NCBI GenBank assembly: GCA_049324195.1
Contig: JBMOKZ010000406.1
Coordinates: forward strand, 1-39,673
Length of the DNA stretch: 39,673 nt
Direction: 5' to 3'
DNA from: Candidatus Zixiibacteriota bacterium
GTDB lineage: Bacteria; Zixibacteria; MSB-5A5; GN15; FEB-12
Part shown: positions 1 to 7,321 of the stretch, one piece after another
Layout: every line of letters starts with the position of its first letter
Numbering within the stretch: the first letter of the stretch is position 1
Made by a program: the position numbers and the translations under genes
The notes under the pieces: generated by a model
Told to the model about the DNA's origin: nothing
What the model saw: only the letters and a program-made list of their open reading frames with translations
The model's database searches: none

Positions 1-221
1 CTTTCAGACCGGTTTACGCTCGATGATCGGCCAGATACGCCAACTCCGCGAAGTAACCTGCCGATTCTATCAAACAACGCCCATAATAATAAACTAACAA
101 TAAAATCCGGGGTTTTTCAACACGCCCTAAAGCAATGGGGCACCGACATTAAAACTTGCGTCTCCCCGCCCTGTCTTATTAAATTATATGCAAACGACGA
201 AAAACGAACAAGGAGAGCGCG

Positions 222-743
222 ATGTTTCCCATGACGAAATGGATCGACCGCAAATTCGAGTTCAATTTCCCGGTGGGGGTTTTTCCCTGTATGGTGGCGC
301 GCGTCAAAGGCACCCCCGCAAGGCTGGAGGAAATCGCGGCCAGCCTGACCCCCGCAATCCTGACCGCCCCGCCCGACCACGGCTGGACCATCCAGGAAAA
401 CATCGGACACCTGGTCGATGCCGAGGCGCTGTTCAGCCGCCGCCTGACCGACTATCTGAACGGCTCAGAAACGCTCAGCCCGGCTAATCTCAACGGCCGC
501 AAGACCTCGGACGCCGACCACAACGCTAAAAATATCGATGCCATTTTGAAAATGTTCCGGCTGGTGCGGGGGGCGTTTGTGGCTCAGCTCGAGGCGCTCG
601 ATGAAACCATAGCCGGGCGGTCGGCTCTTCATCCAAGACTGAACGTGCCGATGCGGCTGGTGGACATGGTGTATTTCGTCGCCGAACACGACGATTTCCA
701 TATCGCCCGCATCTACGAACTAATCGAGCAGTTCAAAAAATAG
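222..743 (+). CDS. DinB/YfiT-like (DinB_2 superfamily) metal-dependent protein
   Basis: 173-aa ORF with ATG at 222 preceded by aaggaga. His-containing motifs IGHLVDAE and a C-terminal EHDDFHIARIYEL are typical of the DinB four-helix-bundle family. This is not DNA polymerase IV. Confidence 0.75.
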   Translation: MFPMTKWIDRKFEFNFPVGVFPCMVARVKGTPARLEEIAASLTPAILTAPPDHGWTIQENIGHLVDAEALFSRRLTDYLNGSETLSPANLNGRKTSDADHNAKNIDAILKMFRLVRGAFVAQLEALDETIAGRSALHPRLNVPMRLVDMVYFVAEHDDFHIARIYELIEQFKK

Positions 744-779
744 CAGTAAATTAAAGAATGTTTGTAATTCTAAGATATT

Positions 780-896
780 TTAGGGAAAAACCCAAGCAAC
801 TGCAGGAAACGTAAAAATCAATTCAAAATTACTTAAGGCGTAAATAGAAATACAAGTAAACAGAAAGTCTAAAGTATAATCAGTAACAATCTTCAT
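780..896 (-). CDS. Candidate 38-aa hydrophobic small peptide (MKIVTDYTLDFLFTCISIYALSNFELIFTFPAVAWVFP)
   Basis: Internal ATG of the 780..977 ORF, preceded by aaaggaga about 8 nt upstream. One predicted hydrophobic helix. It lies in an AT-rich gene-poor island and I recognise no homology. Confidence 0.25.
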   Translation of the reverse strand: MKIVTDYTLDFLFTCISIYALSNFELIFTFPAVAWVFP

Positions 897-1060
897 AATA
901 CAATCTCCTTTCAGTCCTAAGAAGAAAAAAAAGAGACAGTTGCTTGAGTCCTCCTTCAATGTGCTAAATAAAAGCAAACTAATTTTACTTATTTACATAT
1001 ATAACTCAATAAGTAATCAAATAGTTTCTTATTTTGTCTGTATTTTTTAATATTTATCCT

Positions 1061-1136
1061 CGTTCCCACGCTCTGAGTGGCAACGTAATTTACGGGTGCT
1101 CTGCGCCTGTTTTCAGAGCGGAGCGTCGGAACAAGG
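1061..1136. repeat. REP-like imperfect palindromic elements
   Basis: cgttcccacgctctgagtggcaacg (1061-1085) is a degenerate palindrome. An inverted relative, gttccgacgctc, is read from the other strand at about 1120-1135. The pair gctctg/cagagc sits at 1098-1119. These are GC-rich islands in AT-rich DNA. Confidence 0.4.
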
Positions 1137-1554
1137 TAAGATTACTTGAAACCTAAATCTTTTCTCATTAGACTAAGAATAGTATCCATGGACTTATTTC
1201 TCTCTGGAGTATTTGGTTCTGTATTAACAAGAATATTTAATTCTTATATTAAATCATTATTGGCAACAAGGTTCGCTCTTGCTTTCCAATAACCTAACAT
1301 AGTTACCCGTTCTTTTGACCATTTATTCTGAAGTTCTTCTATAGATTGAAGAATCCCGATAAATACTTCTTTTCTTTCTTGAAAATATTGATTCTCTTTT
1401 CAGATTTTCTTTTTAATAAATGTTGTACTATTGTTGTTACTGTGTTCCTATCCCGAAACCACCTAAAAGTATAATAATAATCTCAAAATTTATTTTTTTC
1501 ACCTACTTTTATATATAACCTCAAATTCTCTATAGAATTGTTTTTGTGGTTGAT

Positions 1555-1734
1555 GTACGTCCACGTGCACCAACTTCTTTACATGACGCACGGGGGACGT
1601 ACGCTATGCACAATCCTCACACTTAAGAAGTCATCCCGAGCGGAGTCGAGTGATGACCATCCCCCCGCCTGGTGCCCCACAGCTTGCTGTGGGCACTGTC
1701 AATATGTAAAGAACCCACACCAAGGTGTGGGCAC
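1555..1734. repeat. Cluster of three short hairpin-forming palindromes
   Basis: The three are gtacgtcc-a-cgtgc...gcacg-gg-ggacgtac (1555-1602), gtgccccacagc/gctgtgggcac (1672-1696) and cccacacc-aa-ggtgtggg (1714-1731). The last two share the 9-mer tgtgggcac. Confidence 0.45.
1630..1657. repeat. 28-bp repeat copy 1 (gtcatcccgagcggagtcgagtgatgac)
   Basis: Identical 28/28 to 1769-1796. The termini gtcatc/gatgac are inverted. Confidence 0.8.
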
Positions 1735-1768
1735 AAACATCCCCCCTCTAAAACTGAGCATCTCCTAT

Positions 1769-1796
1769 GTCATCCCGAGCGGAGTCGAGTGATGAC
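1769..1796. repeat. 28-bp repeat copy 2 (gtcatcccgagcggagtcgagtgatgac)
   Basis: Perfect direct copy of 1630-1657, 111 nt downstream. It sits 10 nt beyond the stop of the minus-strand gene ending at 1806. Confidence 0.8.
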
Positions 1797-1805
1797 GGTT
1801 CCCCG

Positions 1806-2681
1806 CTACTTCCGCAACAGCGGCCGGGTCAGACAGGTCGGGCCGCCAGCGCCGACTTTCGATATCTCCTCCCCGGCGTACTCGAACACCTCGCATCCGG
1901 CGTCTTCCAGTAGAAATTTCGTTTTCGGGTTGCCCTCTAGAATAATACACTTGCGCGGGGCCAGTGCCAGGATATTGGTTCCCATCGTGTCATATTCCTC
2001 GTCGGGCACTTCGATAAGTTTCATCCCGCGCTTCAAGAGCCACTGGCGGAACGGCACTGGCAACAGCGGCGAATAAACCACCGCCAGGTTGTCATCGACC
2101 GGGCTGATAAGCGACATCAGGTGCAGGACATCCTCCGGTCCCTTCCAGTGCACCAGCGGCACGACCTTGAAATACCTGACAAACTCCGCGGTCAGGTCCC
2201 GAAGCTGCCTGATGCCCTCGGCGTTGGTGCGGTACCCCTGCCCGACCGCGAGCGCGTCGCGGCCCAGCCAGACGACATCACCACCCTCAAGCGTTCCGTC
2301 GCCGGTCATAGCTCCGAGAATCGGTATCTTCAGTTTTTCCAGAAACTCCCCGACCGCTTTCGGTTCGCCGTGACGTTCTTCCTTGCCCATGTTGCACAGA
2401 ATCGCGCCGCGTTCGGTGACAATCACCGGGTCGTGGACATACATCGAGTCCAGTCCCACCCGGCTGTCCTTGGGCAGGTGATAGATTTCGTTGACTTCGT
2501 TGCGGATGAGATTTTCGAAATGCTCGTATTCCTCGAGCGCTTTGGCATAGTCAGGGCAGTTGTAATAAAAAAGATCCTGCCACTGGTCATCGATATTTTC
2601 CTGAGAGATGAAGGCGTCGCGTGGATGCTTGATCAAAATACTCTCAATCCGTCCGGTTTCGGACTGACTGCCGTATCGCAT
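1806..2681 (-). CDS. Amidinotransferase-fold enzyme, dimethylarginine dimethylaminohydrolase (DDAH)/arginine deiminase-like
   Basis: 291 aa with an ATG start. It has the overall pattern of guanidino-group modifying enzymes and a C-terminal catalytic-Cys motif AGGPTCLTRPL. Confidence 0.75.
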   Translation of the reverse strand: MRYGSQSETGRIESILIKHPRDAFISQENIDDQWQDLFYYNCPDYAKALEEYEHFENLIRNEVNEIYHLPKDSRVGLDSMYVHDPVIVTERGAILCNMGKEERHGEPKAVGEFLEKLKIPILGAMTGDGTLEGGDVVWLGRDALAVGQGYRTNAEGIRQLRDLTAEFVRYFKVVPLVHWKGPEDVLHLMSLISPVDDNLAVVYSPLLPVPFRQWLLKRGMKLIEVPDEEYDTMGTNILALAPRKCIILEGNPKTKFLLEDAGCEVFEYAGEEISKVGAGGPTCLTRPLLRK

Positions 2682-2721
2682 GTGTAACCCCCATATTGGT
2701 TTATTTATTACTTTTATTTGC

Positions 2722-3093
2722 TCAGCTTCCGCTCCACAGCAAAATCGCCACCGCCAGGAACAAAACCCACGAAAAATGTCTCCCCCGGGTCACCACCAGC
2801 GACAGAAGCGCGGCTCCGAAAAATCCGAAACCGAATATCTGGGTGGCGTCGGTTACGGCGGTGTCAAGCGACCGGTCGCTCCAGTAAACCAGCACGGTGG
2901 CCAGCGTCCAGAGAAAGCAGGTGGTGGCGTGCCAGGCGAACCTCAGGGTGCGCTTGAAATACAGCTCGCTGCCTCTCAAATCGGGCACCCGCATCCCGAA
3001 CAGGCGATAAAATATTGTCCGCTCGCCCAGAAGCGAATGGACCAGCCCAAGCAGGTAAATCAAACCGGCAGCGCTGACGAAATAATAATTCAT
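2722..3093 (-). CDS. Small integral membrane protein (123 aa, about 4 TM segments), unknown function
   Basis: The start was chosen at MNYYFVSAAG (ATG 3093-3091), which overlaps the upstream stop as ATGA. The longer 160-aa ORF version is Arg/Gly-rich and overlaps the upstream gene. Confidence 0.6.
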   Translation of the reverse strand: MNYYFVSAAGLIYLLGLVHSLLGERTIFYRLFGMRVPDLRGSELYFKRTLRFAWHATTCFLWTLATVLVYWSDRSLDTAVTDATQIFGFGFFGAALLSLVVTRGRHFSWVLFLAVAILLWSGS

Positions 3094-3770
3094 GTTATGT
3101 ACTCCCCCTTGTCCGTCTTTTTGAAAACCGCCAGAACCTCGGCATGGCGTTCCGGGTCGCCGTCGCCGTGCCGGTGCAGAGGTCCCAACTCCTCCCGGTA
3201 GCAAAGCGCCTGGTAGCGCCCGAACAGTTCGCGCACCTCGCCCGGCTCCATATAAGTATGCGCGTTACCCTGTTGGTCGATAAAGGAATTCCGACCGATT
3301 TCTTTCGCGTTCTTTTTATATCGCTCGTACCCGGAATCCTCAACCGTGAACGCGCTCACGAAAATGAGGCTGCCGGCACTTGTCCAGGTTTCGACCAGCC
3401 GGACCAGGTGGCTGATTTCCTCGCGGGGAAGGACCTGAATCAGGCCGAATATCAAAATCCCGGAATAAAAATCCGTCAGCGGTACGAACGATTCGAACCC
3501 GCATTGGCAGGTGCTGACCGGCAGGTTTTCCTCGGCGACGATATTGGCAATCGTCTCGATGGCGACAATCGAGGGGTCGATGGCATCAACAATCAAGCCC
3601 TGCCGCGCCAGAAAAAGCGTGTTGCGGCCCTGCCCCGCCCCGATATCGAGCACCGGACGTTTTTTGCCCAGCGATTGCCAGTATTCCACCAGTATGCGGC
3701 TGGCGTTCTTGCCAAAATAATTATCAGTCTGACCGTATGCGCTGTCGTAAGACATATCGTTCTCTGTCAT
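3090..3770 (-). CDS. Class I SAM-dependent methyltransferase (TehB-like fold)
   Basis: Motif I VLDIGAGQGRNTLFLA. I prefer the ATG at 3770 (MTENDMSYD) because it is preceded by a gggggg SD-like run and lies downstream of the predicted promoter. The ORF track begins at a TTG at 3788. Confidence 0.85.
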   Translation of the reverse strand: MTENDMSYDSAYGQTDNYFGKNASRILVEYWQSLGKKRPVLDIGAGQGRNTLFLARQGLIVDAIDPSIVAIETIANIVAEENLPVSTCQCGFESFVPLTDFYSGILIFGLIQVLPREEISHLVRLVETWTSAGSLIFVSAFTVEDSGYERYKKNAKEIGRNSFIDQQGNAHTYMEPGEVRELFGRYQALCYREELGPLHRHGDGDPERHAEVLAVFKKTDKGEYIT

Positions 3771-3796
3771 CAAAAGATTCCCCCCCAATTCGCCTC

Positions 3797-3825
3797 ATAA
3801 TGCGACAATCCGCCGGGTTTGTCAA
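3797..3825 (-). promoter_or_regulatory. Sigma70-type promoter candidate TTGACA-N17-CATTAT
   Basis: On the minus strand the sequence reads ttgaca aacccggcggattgtcg cattat, about 27 nt upstream of the ATG at 3770. Confidence 0.4.
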
Positions 3826-3854
3826 GCAGCGGGGATAAAATCCGGGACAGGTTG

Positions 3855-4052
3855 TCAGCTAGTCGGTTTCCTGACGGAATACAGTAAAAATGCAATCCCC
3901 ATCCCAAGCGATATGCCGAATAGAAACCCCGTCAGGAAACTGACCACCCGGCCTGCGAAATCGAAGCCGAACACGAAATTGTACAGGATCCCGGCGATTC
4001 CGACAAAGGTCAGGAGCAGCCCCCAGCCTAAACGTTTTCTTGAACCATCCAT
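3855..4052 (-). CDS. Small membrane protein (about 65 aa, 2 TM), hypothetical
   Basis: Hydrophobic ORF MDGSRKRLGWGLLLTFVGIAGILYNF... located 30 nt downstream of mop on the same strand. No clear SD. Confidence 0.4.
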   Translation of the reverse strand: MDGSRKRLGWGLLLTFVGIAGILYNFVFGFDFAGRVVSFLTGFLFGISLGMGIAFLLYSVRKPTS

Positions 4053-4085
4053 AAACAATCATTTTATAAGTTCAGGTATATCCCT

Positions 4086-4295
4086 TTATTCTTTCACCAG
4101 CAGGACATTGATGGCCTTGACGACGATTTTCACCCGGTCGCCCTCTTTGATACCAAGGTCCTTGAGCGATTCCATGGTCATTACCGAATTCATCTCCGCT
4201 TTGGATATGATTTCCAGCTTGACCTGGCACATGACATCCCCCTGCTTGATGCTCTTTACCTCGCCGATAATCTGGTTTCTCGCACCGTATTTCAA
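4086..4295 (-). CDS. mop: Molbindin / TOBE-domain molybdenum-pterin-binding protein (Mop)
   Basis: 69 aa, M-KYGARNQIIGEVKSIKQGDVMCQVKLEI...GDRVKIVVKAINVLLVKE, matching the single-TOBE Mop pattern. The start is TTG, 6 nt after ggagga. Confidence 0.85.
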   Translation of the reverse strand: MKYGARNQIIGEVKSIKQGDVMCQVKLEIISKAEMNSVMTMESLKDLGIKEGDRVKIVVKAINVLLVKE

Positions 4296-4454
4296 TGGAC
4301 TTCCTCCTTTTTTGATAATTACGATTTTTTATGTCCGGTTAAAATTAAGCGGTTCTTAAAGCTCAGACAACCTTTTTCCAACTTGTATTTAAAACTCAAT
4401 TTTCATAGATTATCTTTTTAACCAAACCAAAAAAATGGGTGGAGTGAAAGATAT

Positions 4455-5903
4455 ATGTTCATTAAAATAGCCGTACTTGCGGTATATGCTCTTATGATAA
4501 TCACGATCGGGATTCTGGGATTGCGAAAAACGCGGTCCTTCTCCGACTTTTTCCTGGGCGGCGGAAATATCGGTGGCTGGATGACCGCCCTGACTTACGG
4601 AGCCGCTTATTTTTCAGCCGTGATGTTTATCGGATTTGCCGGTAAAATCGGCTGGGGATTCGGTTATTCAGGACTGTGGATATCATTTGGCAACACCTTG
4701 ATTGGAGTTTTCGGCGTCTGGTTCTTTCTCGGCTACAAAATAAAAACGATGTCGGTCGAGTACAACGTTCACACCATGGCCGAATACCTTGACAAACGCT
4801 ACGGCTGCCCCTCACTGAAACTGTTCGCCGCGATTGCGATTTTCATCTTCTTTGTGCCCTATTCCGCCGCGGTTTTCATGGGCTTGTCCTATCTTTTCCG
4901 CTCGACCTTCGGCATCGATTATACTTACGCCCTGTTACTGATGGGCGGCTTCACCGCTCTCTACCTGGTGCTTGGCGGGTATAAGTCGATGACCATGATC
5001 GATACTTTCTTTGGCATGATTATGCTCGTCGGAGTGCTGGTACTTTTATGGAGTGTGCTCGACCGGGGTCACGGTTTGACCAATATCACCGACACCATTG
5101 CCGCCATCGACCCCAAACTGACCGGTCTGGTCGGTCCGCCCGGCTGGTGGCCGCTGTTCTCGCTGGTCTTTTTAACCAGTGTGGCACCGATGGCCATGCC
5201 GCAGCTGGTGCAGAAATTTTACGCTATCAAAGACAAACGGGCGATTAAAATCGGAATGTTTGGTTCGTCTGTTTTCGCCATCATCGTCACCGGCATCGGC
5301 TATTTCACCGGAGCCACCACCCGATATTTTCTCAGTCCCGAAAGTTCTCCGGCGGCTTTCGCCGACGGACAACCGATATTCGACGCCCTTATGCCCGAGA
5401 TGCTGACCCATATCATTCCGGAGGGACTGACAATCGTTATTTTGCTTCTGATTCTGTCGGCTTCGATGTCCACCCTGGCGGCGCTGGTGCTTATCTCCAG
5501 TTCCACCGTCGCCAAGGATCTCTACGCCGGGTTCATCAATAAAACCGTTTCCGATAAACATCTGACCCTGCTGATGCGGATATGCAGCGCCGTGTTCGTG
5601 GTCCTCTCGGTGATAATCGCCTATTTCAAACCCGCAACCATTGTCAGTATTCTCGGCATTTCCTGGGGAGCTATCGGTTCGGTTTTTCTCGGCCCCTTTA
5701 TCTGGGGTCTTTTCAGCACACGCATGAACAAATACGGTGCGATCGCCTCGGCCGCGCTGGCGCTGGCGTTGTGCCTGATATTATATTTTACCGGGACGCC
5801 CTCTCCCCAAGCCGGGACCATCGGCATGCTGGTCTCGCTGGCTGTCAATCCCGTCGTCAGCTACCTGACACCGGCGCCGCGACTCGAATTAAAGAAAGCG
5901 TAA
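4455..5903 (+). CDS. Sodium:solute symporter family (SSS) transporter
   Basis: 482 aa, about 13 TM segments, with SSS-like Gly-rich helices. ATG at 4455 with ggtggag upstream. Confidence 0.85.
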   Translation: MFIKIAVLAVYALMIITIGILGLRKTRSFSDFFLGGGNIGGWMTALTYGAAYFSAVMFIGFAGKIGWGFGYSGLWISFGNTLIGVFGVWFFLGYKIKTMSVEYNVHTMAEYLDKRYGCPSLKLFAAIAIFIFFVPYSAAVFMGLSYLFRSTFGIDYTYALLLMGGFTALYLVLGGYKSMTMIDTFFGMIMLVGVLVLLWSVLDRGHGLTNITDTIAAIDPKLTGLVGPPGWWPLFSLVFLTSVAPMAMPQLVQKFYAIKDKRAIKIGMFGSSVFAIIVTGIGYFTGATTRYFLSPESSPAAFADGQPIFDALMPEMLTHIIPEGLTIVILLLILSASMSTLAALVLISSSTVAKDLYAGFINKTVSDKHLTLLMRICSAVFVVLSVIIAYFKPATIVSILGISWGAIGSVFLGPFIWGLFSTRMNKYGAIASAALALALCLILYFTGTPSPQAGTIGMLVSLAVNPVVSYLTPAPRLELKKA

Positions 5904-5908
5904 TTGAC

Positions 5909-7210
5909 ATGAAAAAAATCTTTCTGGCCTCCTTAATAGTTATCCTGCTTTCAGCTACCGCGCTATCGGCCGGACAGCTTCACCCCAAATTCAAACTGAC
6001 TTTCACCGAACGCCTTCGGTTTCTGGCCTGGGACAACGCCATCACGCTCGACGAAACCGCTCAGGCCGCTCAGAGTTTCACGCGCCATCGAACCTGCCTT
6101 ATTGGTCAATGGACACCGCAACCCCATCTTGAACTGACGCTCAAGCTGGCCAACGAATTTCGTTATTATTTCGCGCCCGAGAACCGCGAGTTCACGTTTA
6201 ACGAAGTCTTCGTCGATTTCCTCTATGTCAAATGGCGCCGCGACCGGTTTTTGCCCGGCACCCTGACTGTCGGCCGACAGAATATCATTCTCGGTGAGGG
6301 TTTTCTGGTGATGGACGGTCATCCACTCGACGGTTCACGCGGGATTTATTTCAACGCCTTGCGCTACGACTGGGATATAAAATCCGACCTCCGGCTCACC
6401 GGCTTTTATTCGTATATGCCCTCGGTCGATGACTGGCTGCCGCTTATCAATGACCAGGAGCAAAAGCTGGTCGAACAGGACGAAGAAGGACTCGGCCTGT
6501 ACTTCACCGGTAAAATTAACAAGGTCAATCTCGAAACCTACTACCTCCGTAAAAACGTCAAGAAAGCCGGGAAGTTGGCTTCCGAGGCTTCGACCATCAA
6601 CGCCCTCGGCTCGCGATTGAGCCTGCCGCTGACGAATAAATTTGCGTATGCGGTCGAAGCCGCTTACCAGTTCGGGGAAAAAGGTGAGCTCGACCGCTCG
6701 GCATTCGGCGGTCATATGCATTTCGATTATATTTTTAAACATGATCGGGAAATATTTTATCTGCCTGTCAAAGCTTCGCTCGGAGGCATTTATTTAAGTG
6801 GCAATGCCGCCGGTGATGACGATACCTGGGGCGGCTGGGATCCCATGTTCGCCCGCTGGCCCAAATGGAGCGAGTCCTACATTTACACCCAGATTAATGA
6901 AGATTTGGTCGCCTACTGGACCAACCTGGCGTCTCTTTTCGGGAAGGTCGGATTCAAACTGACACCCTCGATGAATTTCGATTTAGACTATCATCATCTC
7001 ATGGCCACCGAGAAACCGCCCGATAATTCCTTGTTTCCCGGCGGCGACGGCAAAACCCGCGGCAACCTGTTTATCGGGATGCTGACCTACAAATTCGACC
7101 AGAGATGGTCCGGGCATGTCTTGTGGGAAATCTTCGCGCCCGGTGATTATTATTTCGAGGGCGCCGACAGCTACAGCTGGCTGCGCACCGAACTGATGCT
7201 GACATTGTGA
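5909..7210 (+). CDS. Outer-membrane beta-barrel, alginate-export/porin-like family
   Basis: Start taken at MKKIFLASLIVILLSATALSA|GQ (signal peptide), 5 nt after the symporter stop. It shows an alternating beta-strand pattern, LTVGRQ and aromatic-rich strands. The ORF-track extension from 5582 overlaps the symporter and is rejected. Confidence 0.65.
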   Translation: MKKIFLASLIVILLSATALSAGQLHPKFKLTFTERLRFLAWDNAITLDETAQAAQSFTRHRTCLIGQWTPQPHLELTLKLANEFRYYFAPENREFTFNEVFVDFLYVKWRRDRFLPGTLTVGRQNIILGEGFLVMDGHPLDGSRGIYFNALRYDWDIKSDLRLTGFYSYMPSVDDWLPLINDQEQKLVEQDEEGLGLYFTGKINKVNLETYYLRKNVKKAGKLASEASTINALGSRLSLPLTNKFAYAVEAAYQFGEKGELDRSAFGGHMHFDYIFKHDREIFYLPVKASLGGIYLSGNAAGDDDTWGGWDPMFARWPKWSESYIYTQINEDLVAYWTNLASLFGKVGFKLTPSMNFDLDYHHLMATEKPPDNSLFPGGDGKTRGNLFIGMLTYKFDQRWSGHVLWEIFAPGDYYFEGADSYSWLRTELMLTL

Positions 7211-7240
7211 AAAGAAAGAACACGCCAATCATACCTGCTA

Positions 7241-7269
7241 TTGACACTTCCACAAAAAACCGATATATT
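7241..7269 (+). promoter_or_regulatory. Sigma70-type promoter candidate TTGACA-N17-TATATT
   Basis: ttgaca (7241-7246), a 17-nt spacer, then tatatt (7264-7269), about 50 nt upstream of the peptidase ATG. Confidence 0.4.
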
Positions 7270-7321
7270 GATATATAGATTATATATACTGCTTCGCACT
7301 TAAAGACAGGATTAAATCAGC

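Noticed and set aside
2-97. Possible 3' end of a plus-strand CDS cut by the window edge (frame 2, ...GLRSMIGQIRQLREVTCRFYQTTPIIIN*).
   Set aside because: Only 31 codons are visible, I recognise no motif, and frame 1 is also open over the same stretch. It cannot be supported.
1630-1796. Possible mini-CRISPR, based on two identical 28-bp repeats.
   Set aside because: There are only two copies, the intervening 111 nt is far longer than a spacer and is itself palindromic, and there are no cas genes or leader. It is better explained as a REP-like repeat.
5582-5908. N-terminal 109-aa extension of the porin ORF as given in the ORF track.
   Set aside because: It overlaps the 3' end of the symporter gene in another frame and is Arg/Gly-rich. 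The internal ATG at 5909 gives a canonical signal peptide.
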